NCBI RefSeq assembly: GCF_035084215.1
Contig: NC_090338.1
Span: 57,164,001-57,228,000 of the forward strand
Direction: 5' to 3'
DNA from: Heptranchias perlo
Taxonomy: Eukaryota
Length of the DNA stretch: 64,000 bases
A program made the translations under genes and the position numbers. Below the pieces are notes generated by a model. That model saw only the letters and a program-made list of their open reading frames with translations, made no database searches and was not told the origin of the DNA. This document shows, one piece after another, positions 49,401 to 61,329 of this stretch (position 1 is its first letter; every line of letters starts with the position of its first letter).

Positions 49401-51519
49401 AATGCAGAAGTTGCTAGGATGACTGGCTGGAGAGGCACTGCCTTGAATGAGATGTGCAGGATGTCTATTCTAATTTTCTCTTGCCACAGAGATTTAGCTG
49501 CAGTCTTTGAATGGCTGTGCTCTTTCCTGAATTTGGGAAATATTCATCTTATTATCACATAAATACTGATTCTAGATTTATTGTTGAAATCTCTGTTGAA
49601 TATCATGGGCTATGATGAATGTACAGGATGCAGAAGGTGATGCAGTACAGTGTAATATACACAGATATTCTGTGGAAATGTGCTCCTTGTAATTGTTACA
49701 GTGATTGTGGATTGTACATGGGCAGGTATATTAGAGAGATTTCTAAATAATGTGTGAGTATATTAGAGAGGTTTTTAAACAGTAAATGTATGAGTATATT
49801 ATAGAGATATTTAAATAGTAAATGTGTGAGTATATTAGACAGAATAAGAGTGAATTACTTATATAATGTGTTATAATACATCGCACTCCCTTGTTCCCTT
49901 AAACTACTCCCACATGATCCCCCAAAGCATCACATAACCAGCACTCACTCCCAAACATCACATCCTCTCACTTACCACCACCAGGACCACTTCATTTCTA
50001 CTCCCTTATATGACCCTGACTTCCTATCAGCAATACGACAGGAGATCTACCAGTAACACGTAAATACAGAGGCAACTGAAGCGCAAGTACTGAGTCCTTA
50101 ATAAAAGTTTACAAACACATCGATGTTATATCATTTCTGTTCTGAGAAAAGGGAATTGCTCACAGTTGAAAGTGGTGTTTGAGTCGAATTCCGGTCAGTT
50201 GGTGAGGTGGGCAGTGAATTAGTGTAAGAAGTAATCCTGTTACCTATAAGAAACAGAACAAAAAAAAAGTGTTCAAGTTAAAATGACTCTTATCCAGAAA
50301 TCTAGTCTAGTTGCCATCTCTTCATCCACACAACGATGAGGTATCTCTGGACTTGGGGGAACCAGGGAGCTCACCAGGTTCTTATCTCAATGGGCAATTG
50401 CAATCAATGGCTGGGTTAGATGGGACAGCTCCTGCAGACATATCCTTCATTTGACAGGATTATTCATCACCATTCCACAGAGCCAGAGCAAATTCACCTT
50501 CAACTGAACAAATCTAGTTAAGGTGAGCCTCTTTTTTAATGCATGTAGTCAAGTACTGGGATGTATCACAGGAGCACATGATTATAAGTGAAATTATTGC
50601 TGTATTAACAACTCATTGGCAAGGCCACAATACAGCTTTTGGTTGTCCTTTCTTGAAAAGCATTCAGCTACTCTGTTTCACAAGAATGGTCAGTTGTCAG
50701 TTGTCACCTGGATGAAGTCATTTGAACTTTCATCCCTCTGCCCACTGATGCTCCAGCCAGTTCATAGTGTTTTGATCTTACATTAAAATTCATGCTAGCA
50801 ATTAGCATGTGTGACCTATAAAATTATTACTTGAGATTAATTCACAGTGAGTATTTCTGGTATTAAAGAAAGCTTCCACCAAATTTAATGTTAAACGTCC
50901 AATTTTGTTTTCTTTCTCTGTGGAAAATTTGCTAAAAATCAGATCAGTTGGGGAGGACCAAGGGACATGAGTTTAAACCATGGAACAGTAGGAATTGACT
51001 GGATGTTTGAAGGTTCTTCTTTTCCCAGAGATTTGTGAGCCTCTGGAATACCTTGCCGGCTGGTGTGGTGGGAGCTGACTCTCTGCCTTCAAGAGGGAAC
51101 TGGACCAGTTCTTGACTGGGGCAGAGATCGCATCATATAGAAGGTAAGTGTATTTACAGATAATACTTGGTCCATGTGATGTCCTGGAATGGTTTCGATC
51201 GCCTGAGGGGGTCGGAGAGGAATTTTACAGAGTATTTTTCCCTTATTGGCCCGGGGTTTTTTCTCTGTATTTTTGCCTCTCCCTGGAGACTGATTACATG
51301 GCTGCGGGGGTGAATGGGAAGTGAGGAAGAAGTGTTGGCTGTGATGGTCCATTCATCATGGTGTGGGGCAGACTGGATGAACCAGTTGGTCTTTCCTGAC
51401 CCTCAATTTTGTATGTTCATATGTTTGTCTGAATTTCTTCTCACTTCGATTGTTATGCTTACCATGTTCACTAGTATGGGTCACATCAGTGAATGGTGGA
51501 ATCATTACTAGGGAAAGAT
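46398..51519 (-). CDS. TIM-family paralogue gene B, 3' exons only: join(51519-51463, 50243-50164, 46647-46539, 46407-46398...); 5' exons probably beyond 64000, last exon uncertain
   Basis: Same exon-phase series as gene A (stalk 1-1, stalk 1-0, 109-nt TM exon 0-1, microexon 1-2), same strand, canonical splice sites. TIM identity is inferred from architecture and position because no IgV exon is visible. Confidence 0.7.
46539..46647 (-). CDS. Gene B transmembrane exon (VPEMLVSRLISPILLAARVSVLICFIAITVLLCQWK)
   Basis: cttcag acceptor, GTAAG donor, 109 nt phase 0-1, identical in length and phase to the gene A TM exon. Confidence 0.82.
47378..49395 (-). mobile_element. CR1 LINE, 5'-truncated, in gene B intron
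   Basis: [34 protein letters not shown]. Confidence 0.9.
49555..49840. repeat. Inverted homologue of the 5' part of gene A intron 2 (20194->~19900), including the 36-bp satellite
   Basis: tcacataaatac.gattctagatttattgt...gatgaatgtacaggatgcagaaggtg.tgcagtacagtgt matches the reverse complement of 20085-20194. Confidence 0.85.
50164..50243 (-). CDS. Gene B stalk exon (GNRITSYTNSLPTSPTDRNSTQTPLST)
   Basis: Long pyrimidine tract and atag acceptor, GTGAG donor, 80 nt phase 1-0, S/T/P-rich. Confidence 0.78.
51463..51519 (-). CDS. Gene B stalk exon (xLSLVMIPPFTDVTHTSEH)
   Basis: tttcacag acceptor, G|GTAAG donor, 57 nt phase 1-1. Confidence 0.65.
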
Positions 51520-51724
51520 CTGTGAAAGATGAAATTAATATTACTCATAATCACATCAGCAACTAGTTAAATATTTAAAACTATAGTGACCTACAGTTCT
51601 ACCAAAATTATTCATACTTGTCAGACCTAAATATCTGTTCAAATATTTTCTTCTGATATTTGTCTGTATTGATATTTAGGTTTTGTGGAGGGATCAGTTA
51701 AAGTGATATATGACTTACGGAGGC

Positions 51725-52330
51725 ATAAAATCATACCGCATACAAGGAGGCCATTTGGCCCATCGTGCCTGTGCCTGCTCTTTGAAATAACTATCCAATT
51801 AGTCCCAATCCCCTGCTCTTTCCCCATAGCCCAACATTTTTTTCCTTTTCAAGTAAATATCCAATTCCCTGTTGAAAGTTACTGTTGAATCTGCTTCCAC
51901 CACCCTTTCAGGCAATGCATTTCAGATCGTAACAACTCACTGTGTAAAAAAAAATTCTCCTTATCTCCTCCCTGGTTCTTTTGCCAATTATCTTAAATCT
52001 GTGTCCTTTGGTTACCGACCCTCCTGCCAGTGAAAACAGTTTTTCCCCAACGACTCTATCGAAACCCCTCATGATTTTGAACACCTCTATTAAATCTCCC
52101 CTTAACCTTCTTTGCTCTAAGGAGAACAAACCCAGCTTCTCGAGTCTCTCCACATAACTGAAATCCCTTATCCCTGGTATAATTTCCTCTGCACCCTCTT
52201 CAAGGCCTTGACACCCATCCTTCGTGGTGCCCAGAATTGGACACAATACTCCAGCTGAGGCCGAACCAATGATTTATCAAGGTTTAGCATAACTTCCTTG
52301 TTTTGTACCCTATGTCTGTTTACAAAGCCA
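51725..52330 (-). mobile_element. CR1 3' fragment
   Basis: ERLEKLGLFSLEQRRLRGDLIEVFKI..GHRFKI. Confidence 0.85.
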
Positions 52331-52443
52331 AAAGTCATAAAATCATGTCACCAACCTCCACTCCTAGATTTCATCTCCGTCTCTGTGACTAACGTAAGGA
52401 ATCTTACAACACCAGGTTATAGTCCAACAAATTTATTTTAAAA

Positions 52444-52481
52444 TCACAAGCTTTCGGAGATTATCCCCTTCGTCAGGTGAA
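52444..52481 (-). ncRNA. Minimal hammerhead ribozyme (P3 inverted arm)
   Basis: Reverse complement reads ttcac-CTGACGA-a-gggga(taa)tctcc-GAAA-gc-tt-gtga. Confidence 0.8.
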
Positions 52482-54285
52482 TGAGTGAAAAGGTTCTCAA
52501 ATCGCATATCTTATACTAGGCTGGGACAGCATCACACCAATCAAAAGATGTCGTTGTTATTCAAACAGGCCAGTCACGGAGAACAGCACGTCCCAGTACA
52601 CTGGATATACATTGTGTCAATTACACAGACAGACAGAAAGAAACCCAAATGGCAGAGAGAGAGAGAGAATATTAAAAACATAACTTTTTTTTCCCCTTTT
52701 TGCTGGTGGGGTTACGTGTAGCGTGACATGAACCCAAGATCCCGGTTGAGGCCGTCCTCATGGGTGCGGAACTTAGCTATCAACTTCTGCTCGACGATTT
52801 TGCGTTGTCGTGTGTCTCGAAGGCCGCCTTGGAGAACGCTTACCCAAAGATCAGTGGCTGAATGTCCTTGACTGCTAAAGTGTTCCCCGACTGGGAACAC
52901 TTTAGCATGGTCTCGCCAATCGAGCACGACTTCTTCACTGCACAGGACCTCCAACCAACGCTATACACCAGATACATCGATGACATTTTCTTCCTATGGA
53001 CCCACGGCGAAGAATCACTGAAGAGACTACACGATAACATCAACAAGTTCCATCCCACCATCAAACTCACCATGGACTACTCCTCAGAATCGGTTTCATT
53101 CTTGGACACACAAATCCCCATCAAAGACGGGCACCTCAGCACATCACTCTACCGCAAGCCCACGGACAACCTCACGATGTTCCACTTTTCCAGCTTCCAC
53201 CCCAACCACGTTAAAGAGGCCATCCCCTATGGACAGGCCCTACGAATACACAGGATCTGCTCAGACGAGGAGGAACGCGATGGACACCTACAGACGCTGA
53301 AAGACGCCCTCGTAAGAACGGGATATGACGCTCGACTTGTCGATCGACAGTTCCGACAGGCCACAGCGAAGAATCGCATAGACCTCCTCAGAAGACAAAC
53401 ACGGGACTCAACCAACAGAGTACCCTTCGTCGTCCAGTACTTCCCCGGAGCGGAGAAACTACGCCATGTTCTCCGCAGCCTTCAACATGTCATCGATGAA
53501 GACGAACACCTTGCTAAGGCCATCCCCACACCTCCACTACTCGCCTTTAAACAGCCACCCAACCTCAAACAGACCATCGTTCGCAGCAAGTTACCCAGTT
53601 TTCAGGAGAACAGCGTCCACGACACCACACAACCCTGCCACGGCAACCTCTGCAAGACATGCCAGATCATCGACACGGATACCACCATCACACGAGAGGA
53701 CACCACCCACCACGTACATGGTTCATACCCCTGTGACTCGGCCAACGTTGTCTACCTCATACGTTGCAGGAAAGGATGCCCCGGAGCATGGTACATTGGC
53801 GAGACCATGCAGACACTGCGACAACGGATGAACGGACACCACGCAACAATCGCCAGACAGGAGGGTTCCCTCCCAGTCGGGGAACACTTTAGCAGTCAAG
53901 GACATTCAGCCACCGATCTTCGGGTAAGCGTTCTCCAAGGCGGCCTTCGAGACACACGACAACGCAAAATCGTCGAGCAGAAGTTGATAGCCAAGTTCCG
54001 CACCCATGAGGACGGCCTCAACCGGGATCTTGGGTTCATGTCACGCTACACGTAATCCCACCAGCAAAAAGGGGAAAAAAAAGTTATGTTTTTAATATTC
54101 TCTCTCTCTCTCTGCCATTTGGGTTTCTTTCTGTCTGTCTGTGTAATTGACACAATGTATATCCAGTGTACTGGGACGTGCTGTTCTCCGTGACTGGCCT
54201 GTTTGAATAACAACGACACCTTTTGATTGGTGTGATGCTGTCCCAGCCTAGTATAAGATATACGATTTGAGAACCTTTTCACTCA

Positions 54286-54323
54286 TTCACCTGACGATGG
54301 GGATAATCTCCGAAAGCTTGTGA
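54286..54323 (+). ncRNA. Minimal hammerhead ribozyme (P3 forward arm)
   Basis: ttcac-CTGACGA-t-gggga(taa)tctcc-GAAA-gc-tt-gtga. Confidence 0.78.
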
Positions 54324-55179
54324 TTTTAAAATAAATTTGTTGGACGATTACCTGGTGTTGTAAGATTCCTTACATTTGTCCACCCCAGTCCATCACCGGC
54401 ATCTCCACATCTGTGACTAACGGCAGCGTAAGATGAAGGGCACACTCTAAATACACACAATCTTAATTCTTCTCCTGCTGCACTGGCTGAGTGGTGTAAG
54501 TAGAGACACAAACCACAATTTCCAGAGATTGATCTCCACTGCAAAACCTTACGTGGATGAAGAAGATGTGGGCCTCGAATTTTTATGTTGCTTTTTTTAG
54601 TTCTAATCTTAGTAAACCATAACCAGTTTTCAAACACAGTTTGTTAATTGGAGTACTCTTTGAGGGTCTGAGGTGTCACTTTTGGCTTTTGCTGAATTTA
54701 ATTCCATTTTCTCTCTGCAAACTTTAGGATTCTGTGATTGAAGTGTAGGAACCGCAACCTTCTCCAGTCAGCCCAGAGACACCATGATCATTTGTGAACT
54801 GAAGCCTTTTACATGCCTATAATAAACCTAATGGCTTAAGACCCTCATGCCAGCAGTGCCAAGTCCAATCCACCCTTAAGCCCCGCTATTGACAATAACA
54901 GACTTGGATGTGTCCGTGTAAGAGTATAAAAGGGGCAATGTATCCACAGAGAGCAAAGGCCGAGCAAGTGTCAGTCCGTGTCCCTCGTTGCCAGTGTGGC
55001 CGTGGTTCATCTGTAGCTCCATCTTTATTGTAATGACTGGCTCCACTCGCACACCTAATAATGCCAATATAATTAACAAGGGTATAAACCTGCACTTTGC
55101 CTGGTGCTCTGCACCACACAGTCAAGTGACCAATACCTCTCAGGGTTGTACAATGGGTTCTGTCCATTCATCATATCAG

Positions 55180-58100
55180 GGTACGTTAGCATCGTGGTTA
55201 TGTTACTGGACTAATAATCCAAAGGCCTCGGCTAATAATCCAAGAACATGAGTTCGAAACCCGTCATGGCAGCTGGGGAATTTGAATTCAGTAAATTAAA
55301 TAAAATCTGGAATAAAAAGCTGGTATCAGTAATGGTGACCGTGAAACTACCGGATTATTGAAAAAACCCATCTGGTTCACTAATGCCCTTTAGGGAAGGA
55401 AACCTGCCGTCCTTACCTTGTCTGGCCAAATGTGACTCCAAACCCACAGCAATGTGGTTGATTCTTAACGGCCTAGCAAGCCACTCAGTTGCACAATCCC
55501 AGTACAAAAAGTCATAGTAAGAATAAAACCTGACGGACCACCGGACAAGACAAAGGGAAACCAAGCCCAGTCGACTCTGCAAAGTCCTCCTCACTAACAT
55601 CTGTGGGACTTGTGCCAAAATTGGGACAGCTGTCCTGCAGACCAGTCAAGCAACTGCCTGACATAGCCATACTCACAGAATCATACCTTTCAGTCAACGT
55701 CCCAGACTCCTCCATTACCATCGCTGGGTACGTCCTATCCAACTGGTAGGACAGACCCACCAGAGGTGGCGGCACAGTGGGATACAGTCAGGAGGGAGTG
55801 GCCCTGGGAGTCCTCAACATTGATTCCAGACCCCATGAAGTCTTCTGGCATCAGTTCAAACATGGGCCAAGGAAACCTCCTCCTGATTACCACCTACCGC
55901 CCTTCCTCAGCTGATGAATCAGTCTTCCTCCATGTTGAGCACTACTTGGAGGAAGCACTGAGGGTAGCAAGGACACAGAATGTACTCTGGGTGGGGGACT
56001 TCAATGAACATCACTATGAGTGGCTCAGTAGCACCACTACTGACCGAGCTGGCCGAGTCCCGAAGGACATAGCTGCCGGATTGGGCCTGTGGCAGGTGGT
56101 GAGAGAACCAACATGAGGAAAAAACCAACTTGACATTGTCCTCACCAATCTACCTGTGCAGATGCATCTGTCCATGACAGTATTAGTAGCAGTGACCACC
56201 GCACAGTCCTTGTGGAAACGAAGTCTAGTTTTCATACTGAGAACACCGTCCATTGTGTTGTGTGAAAAAACCACCGTGCTAAATGGGATAGACTCAGCAC
56301 AGATCTAGCAGCTCAAAACTGGGCATCCATGAGGCACTGTGGGCCACTAGCAGCAGCAGAATTGTATTCCAGCACAATCTGTAACCTCATGGCCTGGCAT
56401 ATCCCTCAATCTACCATTATCAACAAGCCAGGGGATCAACCCTGGTTCAATGACGAGTGTAGAAGAGCATGCCAGGAGCAGCACCAGGCAGTACCTAAAA
56501 ATGAGGTGCCAACCTGGTGAAGCTACAACACAAGACTACATGCATGCAAAACAGCAGAAGCAGCATGCTATAGACAGAGCTAAGTGATCCCACTACCAAC
56601 AGATCAGATCAAAACTCTGCAGTCCTGCCACATCCAGTCATGAATGTTGATGGACAATTAAACAACTAATGGGAGGAGGAGGCTCCATGAACATCCCCAT
56701 CCTCAATGATGGCAGAGTCCAGCACATGAGTGCAAAAGACAAGGCTGAAGCGTTTGCAACCATCTTCAGCCAGAAGTGCTGAGTGGATGATCCATCTCGG
56801 CCTCCTCCCAAGATCCCCATCTTCACCGAAGCCAGTCTTCAGCCAATTTGATTCACTCCACATAATATCAAGAAATGGCTGACAGCACTAGATACAGCAA
56901 AGGCTACGGGCCCCGACAACATCCCGGCTATAGTGCTGGAGTCTTGTACTTGAGAATTAGCTATGCCTCTGGCCAAGCTGTTCCAATATAGCTACAACAC
57001 TGGCATCTACCCGACAAAATGGAAAATTGCCCAGGTATGTCCTGTCCACAAAAAGCAGGACAAATCCAATCTGGCCCATTACTGCCCCATCAGTCTAATC
57101 TCAGTCATCAGCAAAGTGATGGAAAGTCAACAGTGCTATCAAGCAGCACTTACTCACCAATAATCTGCTCACCGATTTGCGTTCCACCAGGACCACTTGG
57201 CTCCAGACCTCATTACAGCTTTGGTCCGAACATGGACAAAAGAGCTGAATTCCAGAGGTGAGGTGAGAGAGACTGCCCTTGATATCAAGGCAGCATTTGA
57301 CCGAGTGTGGCACCAAGGAGTCCTAGTAAAATTGAAATCAATGGGAATCAGGGGGGAAACCCTCCAGTGGCTGGAGTCATACCTAGCACAAAGGAAGACG
57401 GTAGTGATTGTTGGAGGCCAATCATCTCAGCCCAAGGACATCACTGCAGGAGTTCCTCAGGGCAGTGTCCTAAGTCCAACCATCTTCAACTGCTTCATCA
57501 ATGACTTTCCCTCCATCATAAGGTCAGAAGCAGGGATGTTCCCTAATGATTGCACAGTGTTCAGTTCCATTCACAACCACTCAGATAATGAAGCAGTCCG
57601 TGCCCGCATGCAGCAAGACCTGGACAACATCCAGGCTTGGGCTGATAAGTGACAAGTAACATTATCATCAGACAAGTGGCAGGCAATGACCATCTCCAAC
57701 AAGAGAGAGTCTAAACACCTCCCCTTCACATTCAGTGGCATTACCATTGCCGAATCCCCCATCATCAACATCCTGGGAGTCATCATTGACCAGAAACTTA
57801 AGTGGACCAGCCACATAAATAATGTGGCTACAAGAGCAGACTGCTAAGGGAAGCAAGGGAGGAAATAGTGGAGGCTCTGACCATAATTTTCCAATCCTCC
57901 CTCGCTACAGGCGTGGTGCCAGGGGATTGGAGGACTGCTAATGTTGCACTATTGTTTAAAAAGGGAGAAAGAGATAGGCAGAGTAATCATAGGCCAGTCA
58001 GTCTAAGCTCGGTGGTGGGCAAATTATTGGAATCGACTCTGAGGACAGCATAAATCGTCATTTAGAAAGGCATGGGTTAATCAAGGACAGTCAGCATGGA

Positions 58101-59965
58101 TTTGTTAAGGGAAATTCGTGTCTGACTAACTTGATTGAATTTTTTGAGCAGGTAACAAGGAGCGATGAGGGTAACGTGTTTGGTGTAGTCTACATGGATT
58201 TTAGCAAGGCTTTTGACAAGGTACCACACAGCAGACTGGTCAAAAAAGTAAAAGTTCATGGGATCCAAGGGAAAGTGGCTAGTTCGATCCAAAATTGGCA
58301 GGAAGCCAAGGGTAATGGTTGACGGGTGATTTTGTGACTGGAAGGCTGTTTCCAGTGGGGTCCCACAAGGCTCAGTACTAGGTCCCTTGCTTTTTGTGGT
58401 ATATATTAATGATTTGGACTTGAATGTGGGGGGGCTTGATCATGAAGTTTGCAGATGATACAAAAATTGGCCATGTGGTTGATAGTGAGGAGGAAAGCTG
58501 TGGACTGCAGGAAGATATCAATGGACTGGTCAGATGTGCAGAAAAGTGGCAAATGGAATTCAATCCAGAGAAGTGGGAGGTAATGCATTTGGGGAGGGCA
58601 AACAATGCAAGGGAGTACACAATAAATGGGAGGATACTGAGAGGTGTAGAGGAACAAAGGGACCTTGGAGTGCATGTCCACAGATCCCTGAAGGTAACAG
58701 GATAGTTAGACAAGGTGGTTCAAAAGGCATATGGGATACTTTCCTTTATTAGCCAAGGCATAGAATATAAAAGCAGGGAGGTTATGCTAGAACTGTATAA
58801 AACACTGGTTAGGCCACAGCTTGAGTACTTGAGTTCTGGTCACCACATTACAGGAAGGATGTAATTGCACTACAGAGGGTACAGAGGAGATTTACGAGGA
58901 TGTTACCAGGGCTGGAGAATTTTAGCCATGAGAAAAGATTGGATAGGACGGGGTTGTTTTCTTTGGTACAAATGAGGCTGAGGGGAGATTTAATTGAGGT
59001 ATATAAAATTATGACGGGACGAGATAGAGTGGATAGGGGGAGCAGAGGGGTCAGTGACAAGAGGGCATAGATTTAACGTAATTGATAGAAGGATTAGAGG
59101 GGAGCTGAGGAGAATTCTTTTCACCCAGGAGGTGGTGGGGGTCTGGAACTCATTGCCTGAAAGGGTGGTAAAGGCAGAAACCCTCAACTCATTTAAAAAG
59201 TACTTGGATGAGCACTTGAAATGCCGTAACCTACAGGGCTACGGACTAAGTGCTGGAAAGTGGGATTAAGCTAGATAGCTCTTTTTCGGCCAGCACGGAC
59301 ACGATGGGCCAAATGGCCTCCTTCTGTGCTGTAACTTTCTTTGATTCTATGATTCTAGGTCAGAGGCTGGGTATTCTGTGGTGAGTGACTCACCTCCTGA
59401 CTCCCCAAAGCATTTCCATCATCTACAAGGCACAAGTCAAGAGTTTAATGGAATACTCTCCACTTGCCTGGATGAGTGCAGCTCCATCAAAACTCAAGAA
59501 GCTCGACACCATCCAGGACAAAACAGCCCGCTTGATTGGCACCCCATCCACCACCTTAAACATTCACTCCCTCCACTACCGGTGTAGCATGGCTGCAGCG
59601 TGTACCATCTACAAGATGCACTGCAGCAACTCGCCAAAGCTTCTTCGACAGCCCCTCCCAAACCCGTGACCTCTACCACCTAGAAGGCCAAGAGCAGCAG
59701 GCGCATGGGAACAACACCACTTCCACGATTCCCTCCAAGTCACACCATCCTGACTTGGAAATATATCGCCGTTCCTTCATTGTCGCTGGGTCAAAATCCT
59801 GGAACTCCCTACCTAACAGCAATGTGAGAGTACCTTCACCACACAGACTGCAGCGGTTCAAGAAGGCGGCTCACCACCACCTTCTCAAGGGCAATTAGGG
59901 ATGGGTAATAAATGCTGGCCTTGCCAGCGATGCCCACATCCCATGAATGAATAATAAAAAAAAGG
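55180..59965 (+). mobile_element. Apparently full-length, degenerate LINE family B with a tRNA-like 5' head; CR1 inserted at 57840-59357
   Basis: A-box-like TAGCATCGTGG (55187) and B-box GTTCGAAAC (55252). Endonuclease starts at ~55590. RT motifs follow, and the 3' end is ...cccatgaatgaataataaaaaaaa. Confidence 0.85.
57840..59357 (+). mobile_element. CR1 LINE, 5'-truncated, nested in LINE family B
   Basis: DWRTANV, DFSKAFDKVPH, KFADD and a (GATTCTAT)-type tail. The host sequence gctacaagagca|ggtcagagg rejoins across it. Confidence 0.9.
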
Positions 59966-61291
59966 GCAGGAGTCTCAGAATCTGGTGTTGTGATCTACAG
60001 GATCTGATATGTTTAAATATCTAGATATAGGTCAGGCTCAGTTGGCAGCTCTCTAGCTGCTGAGTAGAAGCTCAACCCCCACTCCAGGACTTCACCCATA
60101 TTCTAGCCCAACACTTCAGCGCAGTACGAAGGGAATGCTGCTATTGTTGGAGCTGCTTTGTTTCAGAATTAAACATTAAACCACAGACCCATCTGGCAGT
60201 TCAGAAGCATGTAAAAGATGCCACATTTGAAAAAGAGTCAAGAGTTTTCCTGGTGCCCTGGCCAACATTCTGCCCTCAACCAACATCACCAAGAAAAAAA
60301 ACAAATTGACTGATTATTCTTCTCATTTGCTGTTTGCAGGATCTTGCTTTGGGCGATTGCCGATATAGGAATAGTGTCTGCACTTCACAAATAATTTGTG
60401 GTTAGTAAGCACTCTTGGCTGTCCTCGAAAGGTGATAAGGTGCTATATTAATGGGAGTACTTTCTTTCTAAATCATACCAATTTTAAATACTCTTCAGAT
60501 CATTTTAGCACCAATTCATCATTATTTGATTTCAATGCAGATATTTTAGTATTTTGCAGTGAAATGTCCTCCATTACATGGCTACTTTGTCAGCAGGCAG
60601 ACAGAACCTCCAAGAAAACAGGTGAGATCAATTTATTTTCGGTCTCCGCTGTTTCTGCAGACTTGACTTGAAGCAGAGTTTCCATCCATCTCTGACAAGG
60701 CTGGGGCAGGGACTCCCTAAGACCTGAGTTCCCAGACCTGACTCTGGATGGCGACTCAGCGTATCCGTGGCAGCTGGTACACCAGGAAATATGTGGTGTA
60801 CCAACCTCTAAAAAAGCTCAAGTGGGCCCCAACAGTGGCGTTATTATGACATGATGTGTGATTTTAAAAAGTCTCTCTAAAATAACCGCTCATTTGCAGT
60901 TTAATAACCTCTCTAATTTACACACATTCATTTTTTAAAAACCTTTCCAATGTACTCACACATTCATTGTTTAAAAACCTCTCTAATATACTCACACATT
61001 TACCATTTAAAACCCTCCAATATACTCACAAATTTACTGTTTAAAAACCTTTAATATACTCACATTTACTGTTTCAAAATCTCACAAATATACGCATACA
61101 TTTATTGCTTAAAAACCTTTCTATTATACTCACTTTAAAAACCTCTCTAATATACTCACACATTTGTTGCTTAAAAACCATCCTGACTTGGAAATATATC
61201 CATGATGTGGAGATGCCAGTGATGGACTGGGGTTGACAATTCTAAACAATTTTACAACACCAAGTTATAGTCCAACAATTTTATTTGAAAA

Positions 61292-61329
61292 TCACAAGCT
61301 TTCGGAGGCTTCCTCCTTCCTCAGGTGAA
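61292..61329 (-). ncRNA. Minimal hammerhead ribozyme (P4 inverted arm)
   Basis: Reverse complement reads ttcac-CTGAGGA-a-ggagg(aag)cctcc-GAAA-gc-tt-gtga. Confidence 0.8.

Larger units (their letters stand above)
52395..54409 (+). mobile_element. Penelope-like element P3: inverted 3' copy (52395-52896) plus RT C-terminus/GIY-YIG ORF and 3' end; 13-bp TSD
   Basis: ORF 52862-54055 with RYIDDIF, VSFLD, LYRKPT, NVVYLIRC..WYIGET. TSD tctgtgactaacg at 52382-52394 and 54410-54422. Confidence 0.95.

Noticed and set aside
60560-60621. Plus-strand exon-like segment (tttgcag|...|gtgaga), duplicated at ~63197
   Set aside because: Isolated, antisense to the TIM genes, no recognisable peptide and no partner exons; the duplication is explained by the tandem repeat.
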